The position numbers and the translations under genes are program-made. From Rhodobacterales bacterium (GTDB lineage Bacteria; Pseudomonadota; Alphaproteobacteria; Rhodobacterales; Rhodobacteraceae), in the NCBI GenBank assembly GCA_030950105.1, contig JAUZRV010000207.1, positions 1 to 41,736 on the forward strand: a DNA stretch of 41,736 nt, in the 5' to 3' direction. Below, piece after piece: positions 1 through 7,496 of the stretch. How positions within the stretch are numbered: the stretch's first letter is position 1; each line of letters opens with the position of its first letter. Under the pieces are notes generated by a model, which was given only the letters and a program-made list of their open reading frames with translations, did not search any database and was not told the DNA's origin.

Positions 1-179
1 CGCGGCATCAGCCGCCCGAACACCCCCAGATATCAACCTTCAACGCACACTCTAAACTCAGTTCAAAACGCCGCCGTCAACCCGGCCGATCCAGTGCGCC
101 GGAAGGAAATACCCGGAGGCTGATGAATAATTCGGGCTAGCCACGCAAGAGATATTTTCGATTGCAGATTGGCTAAGCA

Positions 180-593
180 CTAATGCTCGCCTGCACATCC
201 CCCATGATCTGCCAGCGCCCCGATCACATTGCAGGTCCCCACCTGCCCTTCGTCATGCAGCGCCGTAATGCGCGCCAACTCCACTTCCAACCGCTGTAAT
301 TTTACGATTCGTGCCCGCACCGCTTCAAGATGGCGCCCTGCAACATGGTGTGCTTCGTCGCAGGATTGCTCGGGGTGTTCGCTTAAATCCGCCAATTCGC
401 GAATATTTTCGATCGAAAGCCCAAGGTCACGCGCGTGGCGAATGAACGACAATCGTTCCAACCCGACTTCACTATACCTCCTCTGGTTCCCCGCTGACCG
501 CCCTTCGGACGCAATCAATCCCATTTGTTCGTAATATCGTATCGTCGGAATCTTGACTCCGGTGCGCTTGGAAAGTTGCCCGATTGAAAACAT
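180..593 (-). CDS. MerR-family metal-responsive transcriptional regulator (divalent-cation ZntR/CadR/PbrR-like)
   Basis: The N-terminus MFSIGQLSKRTGVKIPTIRYYEQMGL is the canonical MerR HTH. Cys78 sits at the position that distinguishes divalent-metal sensors. C-terminal ligand candidates are C121, H130, C133 and H137. The gene is divergent from a CDF exporter. Confidence 0.88.
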   Translation of the reverse strand: MFSIGQLSKRTGVKIPTIRYYEQMGLIASEGRSAGNQRRYSEVGLERLSFIRHARDLGLSIENIRELADLSEHPEQSCDEAHHVAGRHLEAVRARIVKLQRLEVELARITALHDEGQVGTCNVIGALADHGGCAGEH

Positions 594-602
594 TAAAAAT
601 AC

Positions 603-636
603 CTCTTGAACCTATAGCTGCTAGAGACATTACACA
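603..636 (+). promoter_or_regulatory. Candidate MerR-type operator/promoter for the CDF gene: dyad CTCTTGAACCTA|TAGCTGCTAGAG embedded in TTGAAC-19 bp-TACACA
   Basis: An imperfect dyad at 603-626 has 9 of 12 complementary pairs. It overlaps a -35-like TTGAAC (606-611). A weak -10-like hexamer follows a 19-bp spacer, the long spacing typical of MerR promoters. The CTATAG...CTAGAG core resembles PbrR/CadR operators as I recall them. Confidence 0.5.
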
Positions 637-675
637 CATGATATCAAAAATCAAGCAACCGAACGAGGCCCTAAA

Positions 676-1623
676 ATGGCAGGTCACCATCACCATCACA
701 TTGATCCCGACGCAGGCGATTCCCGCGTGTTCTGGGCTGTTGTTGTCAACCTCGGCTTGACCGTCGCGCAAATTATCGGCGGCCTGTTCTCCGGTAGCCT
801 TGCCCTGATTGCCGACGCCATTCACAATCTTTCGGATGCGATTTCCCTCGCCATCGCCTTTGGAGCCCGCAAAATCGCCCGCCGCCCCGCCGACACCGAT
901 ATGACATTCGGCTATGGCCGCGCCGAAATCGTCGCCGCGTTAATCAACTATACCACCCTCATCGTTATCGGCCTTTACCTCACTTTCGAGGCGGTTCAAC
1001 GCCTGTTCAACCCCGCCGATGTTGACGGCTGGATGGTAGTGATCATCGCCGGTATCGCCCTTGTGGTCGATCTGGTCACCGCCCTCCTGACCTTCACCCT
1101 CTCGAAATCGTCGATGAATATTCGTGCCGCTTTTCTGCACAATGTCGCCGATGCGCTCGGGTCTATCGCGGTGATTATCGCCGGAACCCTGATTTTGCTT
1201 TATGATTGGCGGCTCGTCGATCCCTTGATCACCCTGCTCATCGCCGCCTATATTCTCTGGACAAGCATTTCCGAGATCGGCCCGGCAATCCGCATTCTTA
1301 TGCTCGGCTCTCCTCCTGATGCGGATGCCGATAACATTCTGACAGTATTGAATAAAATAGACGGCGTTCAAGATATCCACCACGTTCATCTGTGGCAAAT
1401 GCAGGAACACGAAACCGCGTTTCAGGCCCATATCGCCATAGCCAAAGGTCAATGGGTCAATGCCGATGCCATCAAACAATCCTTGAAATCCGCCCTGAAA
1501 ACCGAATTTTCCATCGCCCACACCACCCTTGAACTGGAATGTAGCGCGCACGCCTGCGCCTCTCCCGATCTGATCGGCCACCCATCAGGCAACGCATCAA
1601 CACCCCACGTTCATAGCCATTAA
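676..1623 (+). CDS. Cation diffusion facilitator (CDF) family metal efflux transporter, CzcD/ZitB-like
   Basis: The sequence has a His-rich N-terminus (MAGHHHHHID) and TM helices with LSDAISL and HNVADALGS motifs typical of CDF. The C-terminal cytoplasmic domain includes IHHVHLW and a His-rich tail. Confidence 0.9.
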   Translation: MAGHHHHHIDPDAGDSRVFWAVVVNLGLTVAQIIGGLFSGSLALIADAIHNLSDAISLAIAFGARKIARRPADTDMTFGYGRAEIVAALINYTTLIVIGLYLTFEAVQRLFNPADVDGWMVVIIAGIALVVDLVTALLTFTLSKSSMNIRAAFLHNVADALGSIAVIIAGTLILLYDWRLVDPLITLLIAAYILWTSISEIGPAIRILMLGSPPDADADNILTVLNKIDGVQDIHHVHLWQMQEHETAFQAHIAIAKGQWVNADAIKQSLKSALKTEFSIAHTTLELECSAHACASPDLIGHPSGNASTPHVHSH

Positions 1624-1633
1624 GAGGCCCGCA

Positions 1634-2194
1634 ATGTCTCTTGCCCTTTTCATTATCTCGGCGCTCTCCGCCGGTTGCATCCTTGCTTTGTCCTTGGTTG
1701 CCCATTTTTCGCGCCGCATACAATTTTGGCCGCCCCCTAATGGCAAAAGCTGGCAACACTGGACATTCAAGGCCCTGTTTCGGGGCTTCCTCTATCCGTT
1801 GCTGGTTTTGTCCTATCTCGAATTTGAACTGCAAACCGAACCACCGCGCCTGTTTCAATACGCCGTCGGCATTGCGATGCTGGTGATCGGCTTTGGCCTG
1901 GCGCTTTCAATTACCTTCAATATGGGATGGCGCAACGCCTTTGGTGAAAAACGCGGCCTCAACACAGATGGCTGGTTCGCCCAGAGCCGCAATCCTGTCT
2001 ACGTCGCGACTTGGATTGGGCTGGCCGGATGGGCGCTTATTGTGCAATCTCTCTATGTCGGCCCACTTTTGGCGCTCTGGGCCGCCCTCTATCTGCTCGC
2101 CCCTTTTCTGGAAGAACCCTGGCTTGAAGAACAATATGGCGACGCCTACCAGACCTACAAAAAATCCGTTCCGAGATTCTTTTTCCGGGTTTGA
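1634..2194 (+). CDS. Membrane methyltransferase, isoprenylcysteine carboxyl methyltransferase (ICMT)/phospholipid methyltransferase family
   Basis: A multi-TM protein with RNPVYVA and a C-terminal EEPWLEEQYGDAYQTYKKSVPRF signature typical of the ICMT/PEMT family. Its start lies 10 nt after the CDF stop and has an AGAGG SD. Confidence 0.7.
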   Translation: MSLALFIISALSAGCILALSLVAHFSRRIQFWPPPNGKSWQHWTFKALFRGFLYPLLVLSYLEFELQTEPPRLFQYAVGIAMLVIGFGLALSITFNMGWRNAFGEKRGLNTDGWFAQSRNPVYVATWIGLAGWALIVQSLYVGPLLALWAALYLLAPFLEEPWLEEQYGDAYQTYKKSVPRFFFRV

Positions 2195-2230
2195 TTGTCC
2201 AATACCAACGGCCATCCCCAAATTCAAAAA

Positions 2231-2254
2231 CCACAACATTCCACAACATTCCAC
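2231..2254. repeat. Tandem 10-bp repeat CCACAACATT x2.4 in the pncA upstream region
   Basis: Directly visible as ccacaacatt ccacaacatt ccac. Confidence 0.8.
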
Positions 2255-2331
2255 GGCCATTAACCACGCCTGTTGACCTAAGCGCGCGCGCCTTTTACCC
2301 ATAGGACTCTACAAACCGAAAGGCCGCGCCA

Positions 2332-2940
2332 ATGCATCCTGCGTCTCACGCCCTGCTCGTCATCGATGTGCAAACCGATTTCTGCCCCGCCGGTGCCCTC
2401 GCCGTGGCCCACGGGGATCAAATCGTGCCCGGCATCAATGCCCTGATGGATGATTTCAACAGCGTTATCCTTACACAGGATTGGCACCCCGCCGGCCATT
2501 CTTCGTTCGCGAGCCAACACAACGGCCATGATCCCTATTCAATGATCACCATGCCCTACGGCCCACAGGTTCTTTGGCCTGATCACTGTGTCCAAGGGAC
2601 CCAAGGCGCGCTTTTCCACAGCACCCTGAACACAAATCGCGCCGATATGATCATCCGCAAGGGCTATAACCCCGCGATAGATAGCTACTCGGCCTTCTTC
2701 GAAAACGATCATATCACCTCGACCGGCCTCGCCGGATATCTCACCACGCGCGGCATTACCAAACTCACTATGGTCGGCCTCGCCACCGATTTTTGCGTGC
2801 ATTTCTCCGCCATTGATGCCGCCAAACTCGGCATCGACACCACCGTGCGCCTTGATCTGTGCCGCGCTATTGATCTCGACGGATCGCTTGCCACCGCCAC
2901 TGCCGCAATGACCGCCGCTGGCGTCAAACTGGTCCATTAA
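2332..2940 (+). CDS. pncA: Nicotinamidase/pyrazinamidase
   Basis: Isochorismatase-fold signature ALLVIDVQTDFCPAGALAV, plus DWHP and a catalytic-Cys context LATDFCV. Confidence 0.9.
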   Translation: MHPASHALLVIDVQTDFCPAGALAVAHGDQIVPGINALMDDFNSVILTQDWHPAGHSSFASQHNGHDPYSMITMPYGPQVLWPDHCVQGTQGALFHSTLNTNRADMIIRKGYNPAIDSYSAFFENDHITSTGLAGYLTTRGITKLTMVGLATDFCVHFSAIDAAKLGIDTTVRLDLCRAIDLDGSLATATAAMTAAGVKLVH

Positions 2941-2965
2941 CCCCCGTTATCCCAAAGGTTTGTTC

Positions 2966-4258
2966 ATGGTAGATATCGCCACCCGCGTCTGGAATCACAA
3001 ATGGAAAATCGACCCGATTGTGCGCTCCCTGATCGACACCGATTTTTATAAACTGCTGATGTGCCAATCGGTGTTTCGCTACAAACGCGATACCAATGTC
3101 ACCTTTAGCCTGATAAATCGCACCCAAACCGTGCCTTTGGCCGATCTCATCGACGAAGGCGAACTGCGTGAACAACTCGATCACGTGCGCACGCTGTCCC
3201 TCTCGCGCGGTGAATCCACATGGCTGCGCGGCAACACATTTTACGGCAAACGCCAGATGTTCCAACCCGATTTTATGGAGTGGTTTGAAAAACTTACCCT
3301 GCCCGCCTATCACCTTGAACGCGTCGGCGATCAATATGAACTCACGTTCGAGGGCACTTGGCCCGAGGTCATGATGTGGGAAATCCCCGCCTTGGCCATC
3401 ATAAGCGAACTACGGGGCCGTGCCGTTCTCAACACCATGAAGAAATTCGAACTACAGGTGCTTTACGCGCGCGTCATGACCAAACTCTGGGGCAAAATCG
3501 AAACCCTTCAACAAGTGCCGAACCTGCGCATTGCCGATTTCGGCACCCGCCGCCGTCATTCCTACCTCTGGCAGGATTGGGCCGTGCAGGCGATGATGGA
3601 AGGCCTCGGCGAAAAATTCGTCGGGACCTCGAATTGCCGCATCGCCATGCACCGCGACATAGAAGCCATCGGCACCAACGCCCACGAACTCCCTATGGTT
3701 TACGCCGCCCTCGCCAAAGACGACGCCGCCCTCGCGCAGGCCCCTTACGATGTGCTCTCCGATTGGAGCGACGAACACGACGGCAATCTGCGCATCATCC
3801 TGCCCGATACTTATGGCACCCAGGGGTTCCTTGATAATGCGCCGGATTGGCTCGCTGGCTGGACCGGCATCCGCATTGATTCCGGCGATCCCTCGACGGC
3901 CGCCAACATCGCAATCGAATGGTGGAAACAACGCGGCGAAGATCCGACGAAAAAACTGGTGATCTTTTCCGACGGTCTCGACGTTGATAAAATCGCGCAA
4001 CTGCAATCGGAATTCGCGGGGCGGGTCAAACCATCATTCGGCTGGGGCACGCTGCTGACCAATGATTTCCGCGGCCTGACCCCGAACGACGCCCTCGCCC
4101 CGTTTTCCCTTGTCTGCAAGGCCATCGCCGCCAACGGCAGCCCCACCGTCAAACTCTCGGACAACCCCAACAAGGCCATGGGGCCCGCGTCCGAAATCAC
4201 CCGCTACAAACGCGTATTCGGGGTTGGCGAACAGGTGGCACAAAAGGTCGTCGTGTAA
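2966..4258 (+). CDS. pncB: Nicotinate phosphoribosyltransferase
   Basis: PncB-type sequence with DTDFYKLLM, FGTRRR and GTNAHE. The tracked ORF starts at TTG 2960. The ATG at 2966 has an AAAGG SD 7 nt upstream and is preferred. Confidence 0.9.
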   Translation: MVDIATRVWNHKWKIDPIVRSLIDTDFYKLLMCQSVFRYKRDTNVTFSLINRTQTVPLADLIDEGELREQLDHVRTLSLSRGESTWLRGNTFYGKRQMFQPDFMEWFEKLTLPAYHLERVGDQYELTFEGTWPEVMMWEIPALAIISELRGRAVLNTMKKFELQVLYARVMTKLWGKIETLQQVPNLRIADFGTRRRHSYLWQDWAVQAMMEGLGEKFVGTSNCRIAMHRDIEAIGTNAHELPMVYAALAKDDAALAQAPYDVLSDWSDEHDGNLRIILPDTYGTQGFLDNAPDWLAGWTGIRIDSGDPSTAANIAIEWWKQRGEDPTKKLVIFSDGLDVDKIAQLQSEFAGRVKPSFGWGTLLTNDFRGLTPNDALAPFSLVCKAIAANGSPTVKLSDNPNKAMGPASEITRYKRVFGVGEQVAQKVVV

Positions 4259-4265
4259 ACGGCCC

Positions 4266-4685
4266 TCAATCCTCGCCCGTCACCCGTCCCCGCAGTGCCT
4301 TCACATCGCCGCGCACCTTCTTGGCCTTCAACCGCCGCTTTTTGCTGCCATAGGTCGGCTTGGTCGCGATCCGCCGTTTCGGGGTAAACGTTGCCTTGTC
4401 GATCAATTCCACCAGCCGCGCCCGCGCCAAATCGCGATTGCGCACCTGTGACCGGGTTTCGTCACATTGAATAACCAACGCTCCGTCTTTGGACCACCGC
4501 CGCCCCGCCAAACGTCGCAATCTCACCTTGACCGCCATAGGTAGGTTCGGCGACCTCTCGGCCTCGAATCGCAATTCCACCGCCGAAGAAACCTTGTTCA
4601 CATTCTGCCCGCCCGGCCCGCTGGCACGCATGAAATGTTCGCTCAATTCCCATTCCTCAATGGTGATCTGGTCATTTACTCTCAT
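4266..4685 (-). CDS. arfB: Alternative ribosome-rescue factor ArfB (peptidyl-tRNA hydrolase, YaeJ family)
   Basis: GGQ motif in SGPGGQNVNKVSSAVELRF and a basic C-terminal tail (KKRRLKAKKVRGD). The start is moved to the internal MRVNDQ; the 18-aa extension in the track looks spurious. Confidence 0.88.
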   Translation of the reverse strand: MRVNDQITIEEWELSEHFMRASGPGGQNVNKVSSAVELRFEAERSPNLPMAVKVRLRRLAGRRWSKDGALVIQCDETRSQVRNRDLARARLVELIDKATFTPKRRIATKPTYGSKKRRLKAKKVRGDVKALRGRVTGED

Positions 4686-4709
4686 ATTCACGCCCAAAAT
4701 TGCAAAATA

Positions 4710-4743
4710 ACGTATGCACGAAATACATACGTAAAACATACCC
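4710..4743. repeat. Copy A of a repeated palindrome/iteron-like element: ACGTATG-N9-CATACGT followed by ACATACC 11 bp later
   Basis: The sequence acgtatgcacgaaatacatacgtaaaacataccc matches 9950-9982 at about 29 of 33 positions. It lies 25-58 nt upstream of the arfB ATG. Confidence 0.75.
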
Positions 4744-4753
4744 TCGAAACATG

Positions 4754-4785
4754 CAAAAAGGGCCGCCCCATTTGCGGGACGGCCC
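4754..4785 (-). terminator. Rho-independent terminator (minus strand)
   Basis: The minus strand reads GGGCCGTCCC-GCAAAT-GGGGCGGCCC-TTTTTG, a 10-bp GC-rich stem followed by a T-run. It sits downstream of yhhQ and just upstream of the arfB promoter region. Confidence 0.75.
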
Positions 4786-4983
4786 TTTCCTGAATTAACG
4801 GAGGCGGGGCCGGTTAGGCACTCACCAATCCAAGATTTATATCGTTAGGGATTGCCCTAAAAACACACCTCATGAACTGTTCCGACACCTCTCTCCTTTG
4901 CTTCATTTGACAAAAGAGCACCTCCTTTCAATTGTTTCAGATAGGAAGATGGTTGCATATTTTTCGCAAATGTCAAAACAAAA

Positions 4984-5607
4984 TCATGTGTTGCGCTGCT
5001 GAAGTGACCCCACAATTAGACGAAACGGCACCAAAGCGATCATTGCGAGGCTCAATTTCACCAACCAATCAGCCACAGCAAGCGACACCCAAAGCGGCGC
5101 AACCGGCCCAAATCCGAGCAATGGCAACGCCTCACCGGCCCATGACACATCGTTCAGCGGCTCAATGAAAATCAGGCTGGCCGAGAACGCGATACTAAAA
5201 AATATCGCCGTATCAAGGGATGACCCGACCAATGTCGATGCCAGTGGCGCGCGCCACCATTTCCCCTCACGAAGTCGATTAAATATTTTAATATCAACGA
5301 GTTGTGCCGTTAAAAATGCGACACCCGACCCGATTGTTATCCGCATCGTCACCAATGGACCGAATTCGCCCATGATCTGCGTGCCGATCAACGAACAGGC
5401 CACCCCGACCACAAACCCGACCACGACCACCCGCCGCGCCGCCTGGACGCCATAAACGCGGTTCATGATGTCGGTGACAAGAAACGCAAACGGATAGGTA
5501 AACGCCCCCCAAGTGAGCCAACTCCCGAACAGGAATTGAACCAGAATATTGCTGGCAACCACGACCGCAGCCATAGCTATAATGCCAAATATGTGTATTT
5601 TTTTCAT
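4984..5607 (-). CDS. yhhQ: Queuosine precursor transporter (YhhQ/VUT family, DUF165)
   Basis: A multi-TM protein containing GAFTYPFAFLVTDIMNRVYG and LVGSSLDTAIFF, which are characteristic of YhhQ. Confidence 0.85.
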   Translation of the reverse strand: MKKIHIFGIIAMAAVVVASNILVQFLFGSWLTWGAFTYPFAFLVTDIMNRVYGVQAARRVVVVGFVVGVACSLIGTQIMGEFGPLVTMRITIGSGVAFLTAQLVDIKIFNRLREGKWWRAPLASTLVGSSLDTAIFFSIAFSASLIFIEPLNDVSWAGEALPLLGFGPVAPLWVSLAVADWLVKLSLAMIALVPFRLIVGSLQQRNT

Positions 5608-5670
5608 GTTGTTGGTCCGTTTTTACAAGGTAGCGGAGACTTGGCCCGCACCATTGCGGACGCGCAGATT

Positions 5671-6561
5671 TTACTGTGCCTGATCCGGCATTGCAACTGC
5701 GTATTCGACCAATTCCGTTCTCTGGAAAAACTTGAAATTGTCGTCGGAAATCATCGTGAGCCGAATTTCACCCTCCGCCTCCCACACCGCCAACCCTTCC
5801 AGATTGTCATGGGTTCCCGTTGACGTTTCAAGCAACACTTCGACCGCATTTATCCGATCATCACGCACATCAAACCGCCGCACGCGACTTCGAAATCCCA
5901 AGCCGGTAAAATCCCGCTCAAGCAGGTAAAACCATCCGTCCGGCCCAAAATCCGCGCCCACCGGCAAAAAATCATCAACTCGCGGGATGCGAAACGGTAT
6001 GTCCCACTTGCCCGCATGATAGCGATACACCGGAAACGCGCGCGCCTTGTGACCCGAACGCTCCGGCAACGTATAAAGCTGCCCGTTCCGGTCAATGGCA
6101 AGCGCCTCAAGCCCCGAATTTTTGATCATGTTGGGGAAATCCGCGTGCTGTGGCAACTTGACCGCCGGTTCCGCCAGATCACCGTAGGCATAGACATGTT
6201 GCCCAAGTTCAAAGGAAACAAACACCCGCCCATTGCTGTCCACGGCGATGCCCTCGGCGTCCGCATCTTTCCCGATCAAGGGTGCGCCCGCCACATCAAC
6301 AAGCGGCTGCAACGGGTCAAACGTAACCCTCACAATTTCCTCGCTGTCGCGAATAATATGCCCACGGGTGATTTGGCCGCGATCCGAAATCGCCACGAAA
6401 CCCCGCCCATCCGACGACAATTCCAGCCCGGAAAACCCGCCAAAACCTTCTGCCTCTGACGTCCATTCATAGGACCCCAGAAATCGCGCAAGATTTTGTG
6501 CGGTTGCCGAACCACCCGAGAATAGTGCCGCGCCTAACGCGATTGCAAAACAGAAACGCAT
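5671..6561 (-). CDS. Secreted esterase-like/phytase-like domain protein
   Basis: Signal peptide [43 protein letters not shown] and beta-propeller-like repeats resemble the phytase-like esterase family. Confidence 0.55.
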   Translation of the reverse strand: MRFCFAIALGAALFSGGSATAQNLARFLGSYEWTSEAEGFGGFSGLELSSDGRGFVAISDRGQITRGHIIRDSEEIVRVTFDPLQPLVDVAGAPLIGKDADAEGIAVDSNGRVFVSFELGQHVYAYGDLAEPAVKLPQHADFPNMIKNSGLEALAIDRNGQLYTLPERSGHKARAFPVYRYHAGKWDIPFRIPRVDDFLPVGADFGPDGWFYLLERDFTGLGFRSRVRRFDVRDDRINAVEVLLETSTGTHDNLEGLAVWEAEGEIRLTMISDDNFKFFQRTELVEYAVAMPDQAQ

Positions 6562-7496
6562 TGTTGGGGCAGATCATTCATTGTTAATTCGCGCCTTGGT
6601 TTTGGCGCAGGCGCATTGGGATCAACCGGTCTTGGGGGCGGCGGATTCAGGATATCGTTCACCCATTTCTGAGCATCCGCACAGCCATCACCCGCAGGCG
6701 GCGGCGCTTGATTGACACAGCCCTTGGTCCCTTTCGGGCACTTCAACCGCACATGGAAATGATAGTGATGCCCCCACCAAGGCCGGATTTTGCGCAACCA
6801 CGAACGATCACCAGTCGCGTCCTTGCACATCTGCACCTTGGCCCCGGGAAACACGAAAATCCGTGCCACACGCGGGTCCTGCGCCGCGGCTTTGATCACA
6901 TTGTGATGCGCCCGCGTCCAGTTGGCATTGGTATAGGCCCCCTTGTTACGCCGCATCGAAATAGACGAAATATTCTCTCGTGCTCTGCGCGAAAGCCCCA
7001 AATTATCCGGCGGCAACATCCAGATATCGGCATCCAATCCGATTTGATGCGAGCGGTGGCCACTGGTCATCGGGCCGCCGCGTGGTTGGCTCATATCACC
7101 GACATACACCCCGTTCCAACCGGGTTGTTGCGCCGCTTTGCGCGAAAGGGTTTGAATGAAATCAACGAGTTCCGGGTGCCCCCAATTGCGATTGCGCGAC
7201 AGGCGCATGGCCTGCCATGTTGGTCCGGTTTCCGGCAATTGCACCGCGCCCGCCACACATCCCTTGGCATATCCGCCATAGGGGCGCGATGTTTGCGCGG
7301 AACCTTGCGATTGCCCGCCAAACAATTGCCGCGCTTCGACACCGCGCATTGCGGCGGGCACACTCTTGGTTGAAACCGATGGTTCGCGTTCCGGCTGCGC
7401 TCCGCAACCGACCAAAACCAATGTGGCGATGATCAGCGCGAGCGGTTTTCCTAAAGTGTTTCCCACTGTTCCGATTCTCCTTCGGGCTTGACCCAT
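6534..7496 (-). CDS. mepA: Penicillin-insensitive murein DD-endopeptidase MepA (lipoprotein-type signal)
   Basis: Zn-ligand motifs [13 protein letters not shown] and [15 protein letters not shown], with a lipobox-like LVGC. The start is uncertain; a GTG at 7469 is possible. The gene overlaps both neighbours. Confidence 0.88.
   Translation of the reverse strand: MGQARRRIGTVGNTLGKPLALIIATLVLVGCGAQPEREPSVSTKSVPAAMRGVEARQLFGGQSQGSAQTSRPYGGYAKGCVAGAVQLPETGPTWQAMRLSRNRNWGHPELVDFIQTLSRKAAQQPGWNGVYVGDMSQPRGGPMTSGHRSHQIGLDADIWMLPPDNLGLSRRARENISSISMRRNKGAYTNANWTRAHHNVIKAAAQDPRVARIFVFPGAKVQMCKDATGDRSWLRKIRPWWGHHYHFHVRLKCPKGTKGCVNQAPPPAGDGCADAQKWVNDILNPPPPRPVDPNAPAPKPRRELTMNDLPQQCVSVLQSR

Noticed and set aside
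676-705. MAGHHHHH at the start of the CDF gene, considered as an engineered His-tag or vector-derived sequence.
   Set aside because: His-rich N- and C-termini are natural in CDF transporters. The surrounding sequence and the MerR divergon are native-looking, and no vector-like linker or protease site is present.
5644-5661. A 7-bp hairpin GUCCGCA-AUGG-UGCGGGC just after the phytase-like gene stop, considered as a terminator.
   Set aside because: No U-tract follows it. It could be a stabilising 3' hairpin or part of the yhhQ leader structure, but it does not qualify as an intrinsic terminator.
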